Positions 9,616-17,809 of a stretch of 64,000 nucleotides of DNA are shown piece by piece. The translations under genes were made by a program, and so were the position numbers. The first letter of the stretch is position 1; each line of letters begins with the position of its first letter. This DNA is from Chlamydiia bacterium (GTDB taxonomy: Bacteria; Chlamydiota; Chlamydiia; Chlamydiales; 2-12-FULL-49-11). The notes below the pieces were generated by a model that ran no database searches, was not told the origin of the DNA, and worked only from the letters and a program-made list of their open reading frames with translations. The DNA lies in assembly GCA_044359535.1 (NCBI GenBank), contig JBIKLZ010000003.1, forward strand, positions 21,290 through 85,289, written 5' to 3'.

Positions 9616-10740
9616 ATGAAACTAAATAGGATAGCCGGAGTGTTATTGACAGCAATTACTTGTATGTCTACTAGTCTAACAGCCGCTGATGTAACAAGTA
9701 CTAAATATAATGGATGCAAAGGGCCATCTCTTTGTTCTTCATTTCCACTCTTGGATAACGGCCAAAACTGCTGTTATACATGGCATTTAGATGTTGGATT
9801 GCTTTACCAACAACCCATTTTTAATGGAAATAGCGCAGGATCTGCGTTTGTCCCTGTCTACCAACAAACAGGAACAGCAGCAACAAGTGCTATTAGCCAA
9901 ACAGAAACAACTTTAAACGTCGCAATGGATTACGTTTTAGGGGTTACAGCAAGTGTTGGATACTTAATGCACCATGATAATTGGTTTTTCGGAGCGAAAT
10001 TTGATTGGTTAAGTGCAACAAGCAACACAAATTTTGATGAAACAAACACATTTTACCTTGCAAATAGAATGTTTGCTGATGGAAATACTTTAGGACTTGA
10101 AGCAGATTTCGGTATTTTTGCAGGTTCTGGTTTTGATCCAAGATCAGATTATTTTGACAACATCAACTATAATGCAAACATTGATATCTATGCATTAGAT
10201 GTTTTATTAAGCAGAGGAAGCTATATTTCAAACTGCTTTTCTTACGAGCCTTGGATGGGTGTTGAAGCTCTTTGGTTTTCAACAGCTACATTGAGTAAAT
10301 ACTACACAACTAGCTCAGGGGGTCTTGGAACAACGTCTTATGCACAATTAGCAGCAAACTACGATGTATGGGGCGCAGGACCTACATTTGGTTTTAATGG
10401 TGAATACTACATCACAGAAGGTTTAAGCTTCTTCTCTGATTCAAACGTAGCATTGTTAATTGGTGAAGTGACAGGAAAGTATACAACAAGTCTTATCACA
10501 AGTTCTACAACTACCGATCCTTTAGAATCTGTATTGAATGCAAACAACTCATCAGCTTATATGTTGCCAATAAGATCTATAATTGGTGTTAAACTCTCAT
10601 CATTTTGTTTAGAGGATAAGCACTTTGTAGCTCTTAAATTAGGTTATGATGTAAGAGTTGTTGGTGTAGCCCCAAATCAATATTTAGGGACAGGATTTAG
10701 TACAAATGGTCTATATGCTGATTTAGTTTGGAACTTCTAA
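9616..10740 (+). CDS. outer-membrane beta-barrel protein, MOMP-like candidate (paralogue A)
   Basis: Signal peptide MKLNRIAGVLLTAITCMSTSLTAADV. Cys cluster NGCKGPSLCSS...NGQNCCYTW. Alternating beta-strand-like pattern and a C-terminal aromatic ending ...DLVWNF. Paralogous to the next gene. Confidence 0.6.
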   Translation: MKLNRIAGVLLTAITCMSTSLTAADVTSTKYNGCKGPSLCSSFPLLDNGQNCCYTWHLDVGLLYQQPIFNGNSAGSAFVPVYQQTGTAATSAISQTETTLNVAMDYVLGVTASVGYLMHHDNWFFGAKFDWLSATSNTNFDETNTFYLANRMFADGNTLGLEADFGIFAGSGFDPRSDYFDNINYNANIDIYALDVLLSRGSYISNCFSYEPWMGVEALWFSTATLSKYYTTSSGGLGTTSYAQLAANYDVWGAGPTFGFNGEYYITEGLSFFSDSNVALLIGEVTGKYTTSLITSSTTTDPLESVLNANNSSAYMLPIRSIIGVKLSSFCLEDKHFVALKLGYDVRVVGVAPNQYLGTGFSTNGLYADLVWNF

Positions 10741-10766
10741 AACAAATTAAATAGGACAATAAAAAA

Positions 10767-10799
10767 AGAGTGGTAATAAAAATTACCACTCTTTTTTTA
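10767..10799 (+). terminator. rho-independent terminator after MOMP-like gene A
   Basis: Stem AGAGTGGTAAT / ATTACCACTCT (11 bp), 4-nt loop, followed by T7. Confidence 0.7.
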
Positions 10800-10815
10800 T
10801 TTTTAAAATAAATAG

Positions 10816-10844
10816 TTGCAAATAATAACTTTTAGAGTTATAGC
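10816..10844 (+). promoter_or_regulatory. candidate sigma70/66-type promoter for MOMP-like gene B
   Basis: TTGCAA (10816-10821), 17-nt spacer, TATAGC (10839-10844). Consensus match only. Confidence 0.35.
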
Positions 10845-10895
10845 AAAGATAAGAACGAAAATTTTTTAAAAAAAAAAACCCAAGAGAGGTACAAA

Positions 10896-12071
10896 ATGTT
10901 AAAAAAGAGAAGCGCTCTTACTATGCTTAGTGCAATGGTATGTGCAATACACTCACTATCTGCAAACCCAATGAACCAAGAGGATCCTCAAAGATCTTAT
11001 TTGTATACAAGCTATCCAGTAAAAGATAGTGTTGGACTACAATTGAATCTAGGTATCATTTACGAACAAATGAGAGTTGGTAACGCTGTTGCTGCTGAAT
11101 CTGTTATAGAAACAGACATAGTTAATATTCCTTCAGTTCCACAGGATTTTATAAACTACAATGCAGTGAATCAACGTTTTAATTTTGATATGGCTGTAGG
11201 ATTAAAAGCAGGTGTTGCCTATTTTTTTGAACCAGACGGTTGGCTATTATCTGCAAATGTTGAATGGCTAAGTGCTCAAACAACCTATGCACAGCAGTAT
11301 GACGGAATCACAAGATATTTTCCAGCAGATTATCCTGCGGTTTTTTTAACTACATCAGCTCACTTTCCACTTGATTTTCAAGCAGTAAATGCAAGTTTCA
11401 ATATTGACTACTATCTTTTAGATGTTGTTTTATCTAATGGATCTTATTTTTCTGGAGCGTTTACTTTTGAACCCTTTGGTGGAATCCAAACTTCATGGAT
11501 CAACTACTATACCTATAAACAATTTAGTAGAGATTCAAACAACAGTGCACAAACAAATGCCAATAGTGATGGAATGCTTCCAGCAAACAGGTCTTGGGTA
11601 AAGCTTACAAATATCAATTTTTGGGGCTGTGGTCCAGAATTTGGAATAAATGCAAACTACTACTTGGTTAAAGGGTTTAGTGTCTATTCTACATTACAAT
11701 TAGCTATTCTTTTAGGACAAACAACATTAGGGGATTCAACAGGGATTGTTGAAAGCAATCCATCCACTCCAACATTTCAATATATTGGGGATACTAATAA
11801 TTTAATGAGTCCAACAACAAGGGCGATTTTAGGTCTACAGTACGATGCAAATATGTTTAATGATACACAGCATTTAAAAATCAGAGCAGGTTTTGATACA
11901 AGATTTTACTTTAATCAACACCCAGTAGTAAGATATGAAAATCAATTCTTGTATGATAGAAACGTAACAGCTAATGAACTATACCAATACGAAATAACTA
12001 GACCTCGTATTGAAGAAAACAACACATTTTCTATGGTTGGTTTAATTGTTGATGTTACTTACGACTTCTAA
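10896..12071 (+). CDS. outer-membrane beta-barrel protein, MOMP-like candidate (paralogue B)
   Basis: Signal peptide ...AIHSLSANP. It aligns by eye with paralogue A in two blocks. NIDYYLLDVVLSNGSYFSGAFTFEPFGG matches NIDIYALDVLLSRGSYISNCFSYEPWMG. FWGCGPEFGINANYY matches VWGAGPTFGFNGEYY. Ends ...VDVTYDF. Confidence 0.6.
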   Translation: MLKKRSALTMLSAMVCAIHSLSANPMNQEDPQRSYLYTSYPVKDSVGLQLNLGIIYEQMRVGNAVAAESVIETDIVNIPSVPQDFINYNAVNQRFNFDMAVGLKAGVAYFFEPDGWLLSANVEWLSAQTTYAQQYDGITRYFPADYPAVFLTTSAHFPLDFQAVNASFNIDYYLLDVVLSNGSYFSGAFTFEPFGGIQTSWINYYTYKQFSRDSNNSAQTNANSDGMLPANRSWVKLTNINFWGCGPEFGINANYYLVKGFSVYSTLQLAILLGQTTLGDSTGIVESNPSTPTFQYIGDTNNLMSPTTRAILGLQYDANMFNDTQHLKIRAGFDTRFYFNQHPVVRYENQFLYDRNVTANELYQYEITRPRIEENNTFSMVGLIVDVTYDF

Positions 12072-12086
12072 AATAAAAGGGATAAG

Positions 12087-12126
12087 TAAAAAAGGGCGGT
12101 GAATTTTTTCACCGCCCTTTTTTTTT
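12087..12126. terminator. bidirectional rho-independent terminator between convergent genes
   Basis: Stem GGGCGGTGAA / TTCACCGCCC with a TTTT loop. Flanked by an A-run on the left and a T9 run on the right. Lies between the stops of MOMP-like B (+) and dus (-). Confidence 0.75.
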
Positions 12127-13078
12127 AGACACAACTCTCAATAATTGTGATCACTTCCTCTATACAAGAGGCTTTTGTAATCTCTTTTCGAACAAAGGTG
12201 TAGGCCTCTTCCTCCTTTAAATACCAACAGGCAACTTTCCGAATATCAGAAAGGACTTTTCTTGGAACTTGATAGCGGAGAATTTCTTTCACATGTTCAC
12301 TAAATAATTGAAATGGGGTTGGAGGGATAAAATCTTTTCCCAGTAAAATATCTTGTGAAATATGTGGATTGCCCATCGTTATTCGAGAAACAAGGACCCC
12401 ATCGGCTCCTGTATGTACAAGGGCTTTTTCCGCTGATTCCTTACAATTGATATCCCCATTTGCAAAGACTAGAATAGAGCGCTCTTGATCACAGGCCTCT
12501 TTAATATAGTCCCAGTTTGCTCCCCCCTTATACCCCTGCTCTCTTGTTCTACCATGAATAAAAATGGCATAAGCACCCGCTTGCTCAGCAATTTTAGTCA
12601 CTTGTTTAGCGTTAATAGAATGTTGATCCCACCCTGCTCGTATTTTTACTGTAATGGGGATATCTACCTTTTTTTGCATCTCGTAGACAATTTCCCCAAT
12701 TTTCTCAGGCGTTTTTAAAAGGGCTGAGCCGCTGCCATCTTTGGTCACTTTATCCACAGGACATCCACAGTTTAGGTCCAATAGATCAAAACCAAGATCC
12801 TCAATTATGGCACTGGAGGTCCTTGCCACCTCTTTATCACTTGTGCATATTTGCGCCCCAATAGGGTGCATCCCTTTTGAAAAGGAGAGGATAGAAAAGG
12901 TCCCTTTATCCCCCCGAACTATAGCCTCTCCTTTTGTCATTTCTGTAAAAAAAAGACTATCGCTAAACTTTCGAACCATCGCCCTAAAGGGAAGATCTGA
13001 ACATCCAGCAAGGGGTGAATAAACAATATTTGAGGCAAGCTCAAGGTTTTTTATTTTTATAGGTCTAAAAAGGGTCAT
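12125..13078 (-). CDS. dus: tRNA-dihydrouridine synthase
   Basis: SPLAGCSDLPFR, LDLNCGCPVDKV, GSALLK, and the TIM-barrel FMN pattern IHGRTREQGYKG. Confidence 0.9.
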   Translation of the reverse strand: MTLFRPIKIKNLELASNIVYSPLAGCSDLPFRAMVRKFSDSLFFTEMTKGEAIVRGDKGTFSILSFSKGMHPIGAQICTSDKEVARTSSAIIEDLGFDLLDLNCGCPVDKVTKDGSGSALLKTPEKIGEIVYEMQKKVDIPITVKIRAGWDQHSINAKQVTKIAEQAGAYAIFIHGRTREQGYKGGANWDYIKEACDQERSILVFANGDINCKESAEKALVHTGADGVLVSRITMGNPHISQDILLGKDFIPPTPFQLFSEHVKEILRYQVPRKVLSDIRKVACWYLKEEEAYTFVRKEITKASCIEEVITIIESCV

Positions 13079-13317
13079 AAAAATAGAGTTGTAATAAAAG
13101 TTTTTACTAATCGGAGGGTGACAAGGGCTATCATTGGACTTATATCAAGGACCCCTCCTACAGGAGGAATCAATTTCTTAAAAATATTCATATAAGGATC
13201 TGTCAAAAAAAGGATGTATTTAGAGGCCTGATACCTATAAAGGGAGGGAAACCATGAAAGGGCTATTCTAATAAATATTAATAACGAATAAGTGGAAAAA
13301 AATGTTTCAAGCATCAT
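13075..13317 (-). CDS. yggT: YggT-family small membrane protein
   Basis: 80 aa with two hydrophobic helices. LLIFIRIALSWFP...LDISPMIALVTLRL is typical of YggT/Ycf19. 4-nt overlap with dus. Confidence 0.7.
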   Translation of the reverse strand: MMLETFFSTYSLLIFIRIALSWFPSLYRYQASKYILFLTDPYMNIFKKLIPPVGGVLDISPMIALVTLRLVKTFITTLFL

Positions 13318-13416
13318 CGAACTCTTTGTGGAACTTTACGAACTATTTTACCATAGTAATCTTTTACGTCATCCTTTATTATACTAAAAGACTAAAGTTT
13401 TAGTTGGGTGTAAAGT

Positions 13417-14943
13417 ATGTATATTCTTGGGCTATATTCAGATGGGGACTACTTTAAAGTGTCCCTTATCCTAAAAAAATATGGGAAAAGGCGCCTTGAG
13501 TTTATTAAAGAGATAAAAAAGGGTGCTTTCCATCTAGCACACTTAAAAAAGGCTTTAGAGCAAAAGGGAGCTTTCTTTAATAAGAATATAGAAGTTGTTA
13601 CAGCTATAGATCCTGAAGAGCTTTTCGTACAAAAATTTTCTTTTCCTGTTAAAGGGCGATCAAAAGTTTTAAAAGCACTCAAATTTAGACTTTCTGATGA
13701 GGATATTTATTTTGAAAAGGGGGCTTATTTTATCCCAACATTTCAAAGGAAAGGGAACCAAACAGAGGTGGCTTTATATGGGTACACCAAAGAGGCGATG
13801 CATTCCCATGTGGAAGAAATAAAACATTTGGGTATAGATACTCACATTGTATCAACAATACCTAAAGCTTTTGAAAGATTTATTGATCTATTTGCCAAAG
13901 TGGAGCAACCTTTCTTTTTGTTTCACTTAGGTTGGGAAACCTCTTTTTTTTATTTTGTGATCAACAAAGAGGTTAAAAGGGAGGTTTCTTTTAGGTGTGG
14001 TTTAAAAAATATTGTCGATGCGGTTCAAAAGGACCACATTTTAACAGAAAATGTCGATATGCAAAGGATTCAAGAGCTGTTTATTGAATCCATTGATCAA
14101 GAAAAGAAAAATGACTCAACCAGGTTGTTTTTTGAAATAGAAAAAGAAATTTCCAGAGCATGGACATTTATCCTTGAAGAGGAAAAAAAGGCTCAAGAGG
14201 TTTTTTCTGTCCTATTTACTGGGTATAGTGACTTTTCAAGGGAATTAAAACCATACCTTCCCCCAATAGATTTTCAAGAGGTTGTTTTAACCCCCCATTT
14301 AGAGTACACCTCTTCACAACTTGCTTCCTATGCTATAGAAATTGGTCTTGCATTAGAAGGGGCTATTTCTTCAGTGCCCCCTTTGCAACTTGCTCAAGGA
14401 GAAATGATCCCTTATGCTCAAAAAAAGAGGGTGAAAAAAAGTTTAATCACCTTTGCAACCCTTTTAACCCTTTCTTGTGGGGTTTTATTTGTTTCATTAA
14501 ACTCAATCCTTTCTGTGAAAAAAGGGGAGCTAAAAGAAAGATATGAAAGGGCAATTTCGGAATTGGATGAAAAGGCACATTTAGACATTGATTATAAAAA
14601 CCTTGGATCTAAAAGAAAGCTACTGCAAAATGAGGCTAAAAAACTACAAGAGAAACAAAAAATTTTAGAGGGTCCTTTCCCTTTTTCTTCAGTCCTTGAA
14701 TGGATAGCAAAGTGTGATCAAAGTTCTTTTATTGTAGAAAATATAGACTATCGCATTGTTCAAGCCCCTTCTTTAGAAGATCCCTTGGGGGGGTATATTG
14801 TTGAGGTTGCCATTCAAATTGAAAAAAATGAACATGGATGGGATGAATTTTTTCTCAAAAAAGGGGAGAATGTCTTTTTTGATAGAGAACCGGAATATGA
14901 AGAGAAAACCAAAAGCTCTATAGTTAGGTTGAGGTTAAAATGA
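13417..14943 (+). CDS. bitopic membrane protein with PilM-PilN-fusion / GspL-like architecture (function inferred, not recognised by motif)
   Basis: 508 aa. Cytoplasmic domain of about 340 aa starting MYILGLYSDGDYFKVSLI. Single TM SLITFATLLTLSCGVLFVSLNSIL (about nt 14440-14515). This is followed by a coiled-coil segment and a beta-rich C-terminal domain ...FIVENIDYRIVQAPS..GGYIVEVAIQIE. The stop overlaps the next start (ATGA at 14940-14943). Confidence 0.5.
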   Translation: MYILGLYSDGDYFKVSLILKKYGKRRLEFIKEIKKGAFHLAHLKKALEQKGAFFNKNIEVVTAIDPEELFVQKFSFPVKGRSKVLKALKFRLSDEDIYFEKGAYFIPTFQRKGNQTEVALYGYTKEAMHSHVEEIKHLGIDTHIVSTIPKAFERFIDLFAKVEQPFFLFHLGWETSFFYFVINKEVKREVSFRCGLKNIVDAVQKDHILTENVDMQRIQELFIESIDQEKKNDSTRLFFEIEKEISRAWTFILEEEKKAQEVFSVLFTGYSDFSRELKPYLPPIDFQEVVLTPHLEYTSSQLASYAIEIGLALEGAISSVPPLQLAQGEMIPYAQKKRVKKSLITFATLLTLSCGVLFVSLNSILSVKKGELKERYERAISELDEKAHLDIDYKNLGSKRKLLQNEAKKLQEKQKILEGPFPFSSVLEWIAKCDQSSFIVENIDYRIVQAPSLEDPLGGYIVEVAIQIEKNEHGWDEFFLKKGENVFFDREPEYEEKTKSSIVRLRLK

Positions 14944-15515
14944 TAAAGGATTTTTTTTCAAAAAAAAATTGGATGATGGATGCAACACTTCTTTATTCTC
15001 TTATAGCTGCCCCTGTAATCTTATTTACAGCAGTATTAACCTTTTTTATCACAGCGATCCATTCTTTAAATGAATCCGAAAAAGAGGTGATCTTTGTTGA
15101 AAAACTGTTTCAAAAGAAAAAAAAAAGAGAGCCCTTTGATAAGGATCCTAAAGAAATAATCAGAAATATAGAAGCTCTTAACCTCCTTGAAGAGGAGCAA
15201 AGACTCCTTTTAAAAATTTTTCAAGAGGGAGAAAAAGAGGAGCTCTATGATGGAGTCTATGAGCGGTTAGCTTTTTTAAAAAATAAAAATCACATTGCTT
15301 TTGAACCCTTTGAAGGAAATGAATCTGTAGTGTGGAAGGTAAAAGAGCCTATAGAAATGAATCAAAACGATTTAAAAAATATTTTGATTATTGAAAAGAA
15401 TTTCCCGTACTTGTTTTTTTCTTCAGTAAATTTTAGAACAATAGATAAAAATAAGGGAGATATTTATACTATAGAAATGGAAATCACCCAAAAAGGAAAT
15501 AATGGGAATTTTTAA
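14940..15515 (+). CDS. small bitopic membrane protein, PilO/GspM-like architecture (inferred)
   Basis: 191 aa. N-terminal TM ATLLYSLIAAPVILFTAVLTFFITAI, a charged coiled segment, and a C-terminal beta-rich domain ...FFSSVNFRTIDKNKGDIYTIEMEITQK. Overlaps both neighbours. Confidence 0.45.
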   Translation: MIKDFFSKKNWMMDATLLYSLIAAPVILFTAVLTFFITAIHSLNESEKEVIFVEKLFQKKKKREPFDKDPKEIIRNIEALNLLEEEQRLLLKIFQEGEKEELYDGVYERLAFLKNKNHIAFEPFEGNESVVWKVKEPIEMNQNDLKNILIIEKNFPYLFFSSVNFRTIDKNKGDIYTIEMEITQKGNNGNF

Positions 15516-16761
15516 AAAAAAACATCTACTTTATATTTTGCCCATTCTTTTATTAGGGTGTAGATCCTCTTCTTCCCCAAATCTTGTTCATCTTCAAATA
15601 GTGGATAGAAATGGCTACACACAAACTATCAGCGACAGTGAGGGGATGAAAAAATATGAGAGGTATGATTTAAAAGCCCCTTCTCATCATAAAAAAGTGA
15701 TTCGGGTATTTGATAAGGATAAAAAAGGGGTGATCACCTTATACCATGAAAATGGGGAACTTTGGCAATATGTGGAAACAAAAAATGGCAGGGCTTCTGG
15801 GGTCTATGAAGAGTATTATCCTAACAGACAATTACATATTAAAAGCATTGTTAGTGAAGGAATAGCTGATCTAACCGATCAAGCAAAACTTTCTTGGATA
15901 TTTGATGAAACATCTACGGTATATGATGAAAATGGAAATGTGATTGCAACAATTCCTTACAGTAAAGGGGTGCAAGAGGGGATTGCAACCTATTTTTATC
16001 CTAATGGGGTGGTGAAAAGGACAATTCCTTATTTAAACAATAAAATTGAGGGGAAGGTGTGTACCTATACTCAAGAAGGGGTCTTATCAGCAACAAAAAA
16101 TTATTTTTTAGGAGAGGAAGAGGGAGAAGCTATTTTTAATGGATCTTCTGTTGAAGGGGGTTATAAAGAGTTTTATAAAAAGGGTCGCTTACTTGAGGGT
16201 AGATATCTTAATATAGATGGAACCTTTTTTTCTGAGATTAAGGAAGGAGAAGGGAAAAAACCCTATTTTAAAGAGGGGGCTCTTTATAAAGTCTGCGAAT
16301 ATAGAAAAGGGATTGAAGAGGGGGAGGTAACCCTTTATAGAAAAGATGGCTCTATTGAGTCTACCTATAGTGTTATCAACAATGAAAAACATGGGGAAGA
16401 GATCTGTTATTACCCAACTCACGTAGGAGAGGAAATGATAAAAAAATTTCTAATCACATGGAGAGAGGGGCTTATTCATGGGAGGGTTTGTTCTTGGTAT
16501 CCAAATGGGGTATTAGAAAGTGAAAAAGAAATTGTGGATCATAAAAAAGAAGGAACCTACCTTAGTTGGTATATAGATAGTTCTTTGATGATGGTGGAAG
16601 AGTATAGACAAGATAGACTTATCAATGGAAAATATTTACGTAAAGGGGAGAGTGTCCCTATTTCTCGGGTTATTGATGGGATGGGAGAGGCTCATATTTA
16701 TGATAAAGATGGGCTTTTGATAAGAAAGATTTCCTATTATAAAGGGTATCCAGTGGAGTGA
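15502..16761 (+). CDS. lipoprotein with MORN-variant (YwqK-like) repeats
   Basis: Lipobox PILLLGC. Repeated units of about 23 aa of the type G.x.G....YY.NG.l (for example YHENGELWQYVETKNGRASGVYEEYYPNRQL and YFYPNGVVKRTIPYLNNKIEGKV). Confidence 0.7.
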   Translation: MGIFKKKHLLYILPILLLGCRSSSSPNLVHLQIVDRNGYTQTISDSEGMKKYERYDLKAPSHHKKVIRVFDKDKKGVITLYHENGELWQYVETKNGRASGVYEEYYPNRQLHIKSIVSEGIADLTDQAKLSWIFDETSTVYDENGNVIATIPYSKGVQEGIATYFYPNGVVKRTIPYLNNKIEGKVCTYTQEGVLSATKNYFLGEEEGEAIFNGSSVEGGYKEFYKKGRLLEGRYLNIDGTFFSEIKEGEGKKPYFKEGALYKVCEYRKGIEEGEVTLYRKDGSIESTYSVINNEKHGEEICYYPTHVGEEMIKKFLITWREGLIHGRVCSWYPNGVLESEKEIVDHKKEGTYLSWYIDSSLMMVEEYRQDRLINGKYLRKGESVPISRVIDGMGEAHIYDKDGLLIRKISYYKGYPVE

Positions 16762-17279
16762 AAGAAGAGCTTAGACAAAGATATCTAAAAATAAGAAAGG
16801 GAATATCCTTAGAAAGGAAACAAGAGGCAAGAGGGGCTGTTTATAAAAAGCTCCTTGAAATGACACAAGGGGCTAAAGAGATTCTTTCCTATAGCCCCCT
16901 TGAAGATGAAGTTTGTGTCGATCTATTTAATCAATATTTAGCTGAACAAAACCGTTTATTTCTCCCTCGTATAGAAGGGAAAACCCTTGTCCCATATAAG
17001 GTTACTGATATGGGAAGTCAGTTGAAAACTTTTTCTCATAGATTTTTAGAACCTATTATAGAGTGTGAAAAAAAAGAAACGGTCGATCTTGTCATTGTCC
17101 CTGGGATTGTTTTTGATAATAAGTGCGGAAGAGTTGGATTTGGAAAAGGGTTTTATGATAAATTTCTTTTTAAAACCAAAACACCTTCTATAGGGGTTCT
17201 TTTTAGAGAACAACTTTTTGATGGAACTCTTGTTTTAGAAGATCATGACGTACCTATGGAGAGGCTATGTATTATCTAA
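16758..17279 (+). CDS. 5-formyltetrahydrofolate cyclo-ligase
   Basis: LRQRYLKIRKGIS...SYSPLEDEV...VDLVIVPGIVFDNKCGRVGFGKGFYDKFL (5-FCL family signature). GTG start overlapping the previous stop. Confidence 0.85.
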   Translation: MKEELRQRYLKIRKGISLERKQEARGAVYKKLLEMTQGAKEILSYSPLEDEVCVDLFNQYLAEQNRLFLPRIEGKTLVPYKVTDMGSQLKTFSHRFLEPIIECEKKETVDLVIVPGIVFDNKCGRVGFGKGFYDKFLFKTKTPSIGVLFREQLFDGTLVLEDHDVPMERLCII

Positions 17280-17809
17280 TTCTTTTTTTCTGCACCCTTC
17301 CCCTTTTTTCTAGAGAGATTCTTGTCTCCTATTTTGATAGAGAAATCTATAAAGAAAATAGACTTAATGTGCAAGAGTACCCAAAACATGTAGAAGTTTC
17401 TGAAATTGAGCAGGGTTTTCTTGTTGCATTTTCCTATCCTTTAAACCCGAATGCGGGAATTTTATCAATACATGCCGGCTCTTCTGTCGGTCGATTTAAT
17501 GTGATAGGGGATGAAGCCTATTCTTACTCAACCTATCTATCGGCAAAGCTGACCCCTTTTTCGATTTTTTTATGTTCTCCCTATGTGGAGGTAAGTCTTG
17601 CCGGCCCTACCTATCTTTCAAAAGGGACCTTAGGAAAGATCGATTTTGGCTCCTCTATTGTCTATCAAAATAGTTTTGCCTTGGGTCTTAAGGTTGCATC
17701 CCTTTTAATCGAAGCAAAACTACTTAACTATAGCACCTCGTTGCCCGATGCGTTTAGTAAAAAAAGTATCACATTCCCCCTGATTATATCTGCTGGAACC
17801 TCATTTTAG
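17267..17809 (+). CDS. small outer-membrane beta-barrel, PagL (lipid A deacylase)-like
   Basis: Signal peptide, ending ...ISAGTSF. The segment PYVEVSLAGPTYLSKGTLGKIDFGSSIVYQNSFALGLKVAS.LLIEAKLLNYSTSL aligns by eye with my recollection of P. aeruginosa PagL (PFIEAGIGVAAFSGTRVGDQNLGSSLNFEDRIGAGLKF...VRAIHYSNAGL). Confidence 0.45.
   Translation: MYYLILFFCTLPLFSREILVSYFDREIYKENRLNVQEYPKHVEVSEIEQGFLVAFSYPLNPNAGILSIHAGSSVGRFNVIGDEAYSYSTYLSAKLTPFSIFLCSPYVEVSLAGPTYLSKGTLGKIDFGSSIVYQNSFALGLKVASLLIEAKLLNYSTSLPDAFSKKSITFPLIISAGTSF

Noticed and set aside
727-13682. Short ORFs antisense to or nested in well-supported genes. Examples: 727..942, 3215..3412, 4219..4428, 5061..5255, 8232..8495, 9381..9719, 9944..10141, 12485..12718, 12741..13022, 13449..13682. 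Similar ones occur later in the track.
   Set aside because: All are fully contained in, or antisense to, CDSs with clear family signatures. They have no recognisable motifs and are treated as spurious.
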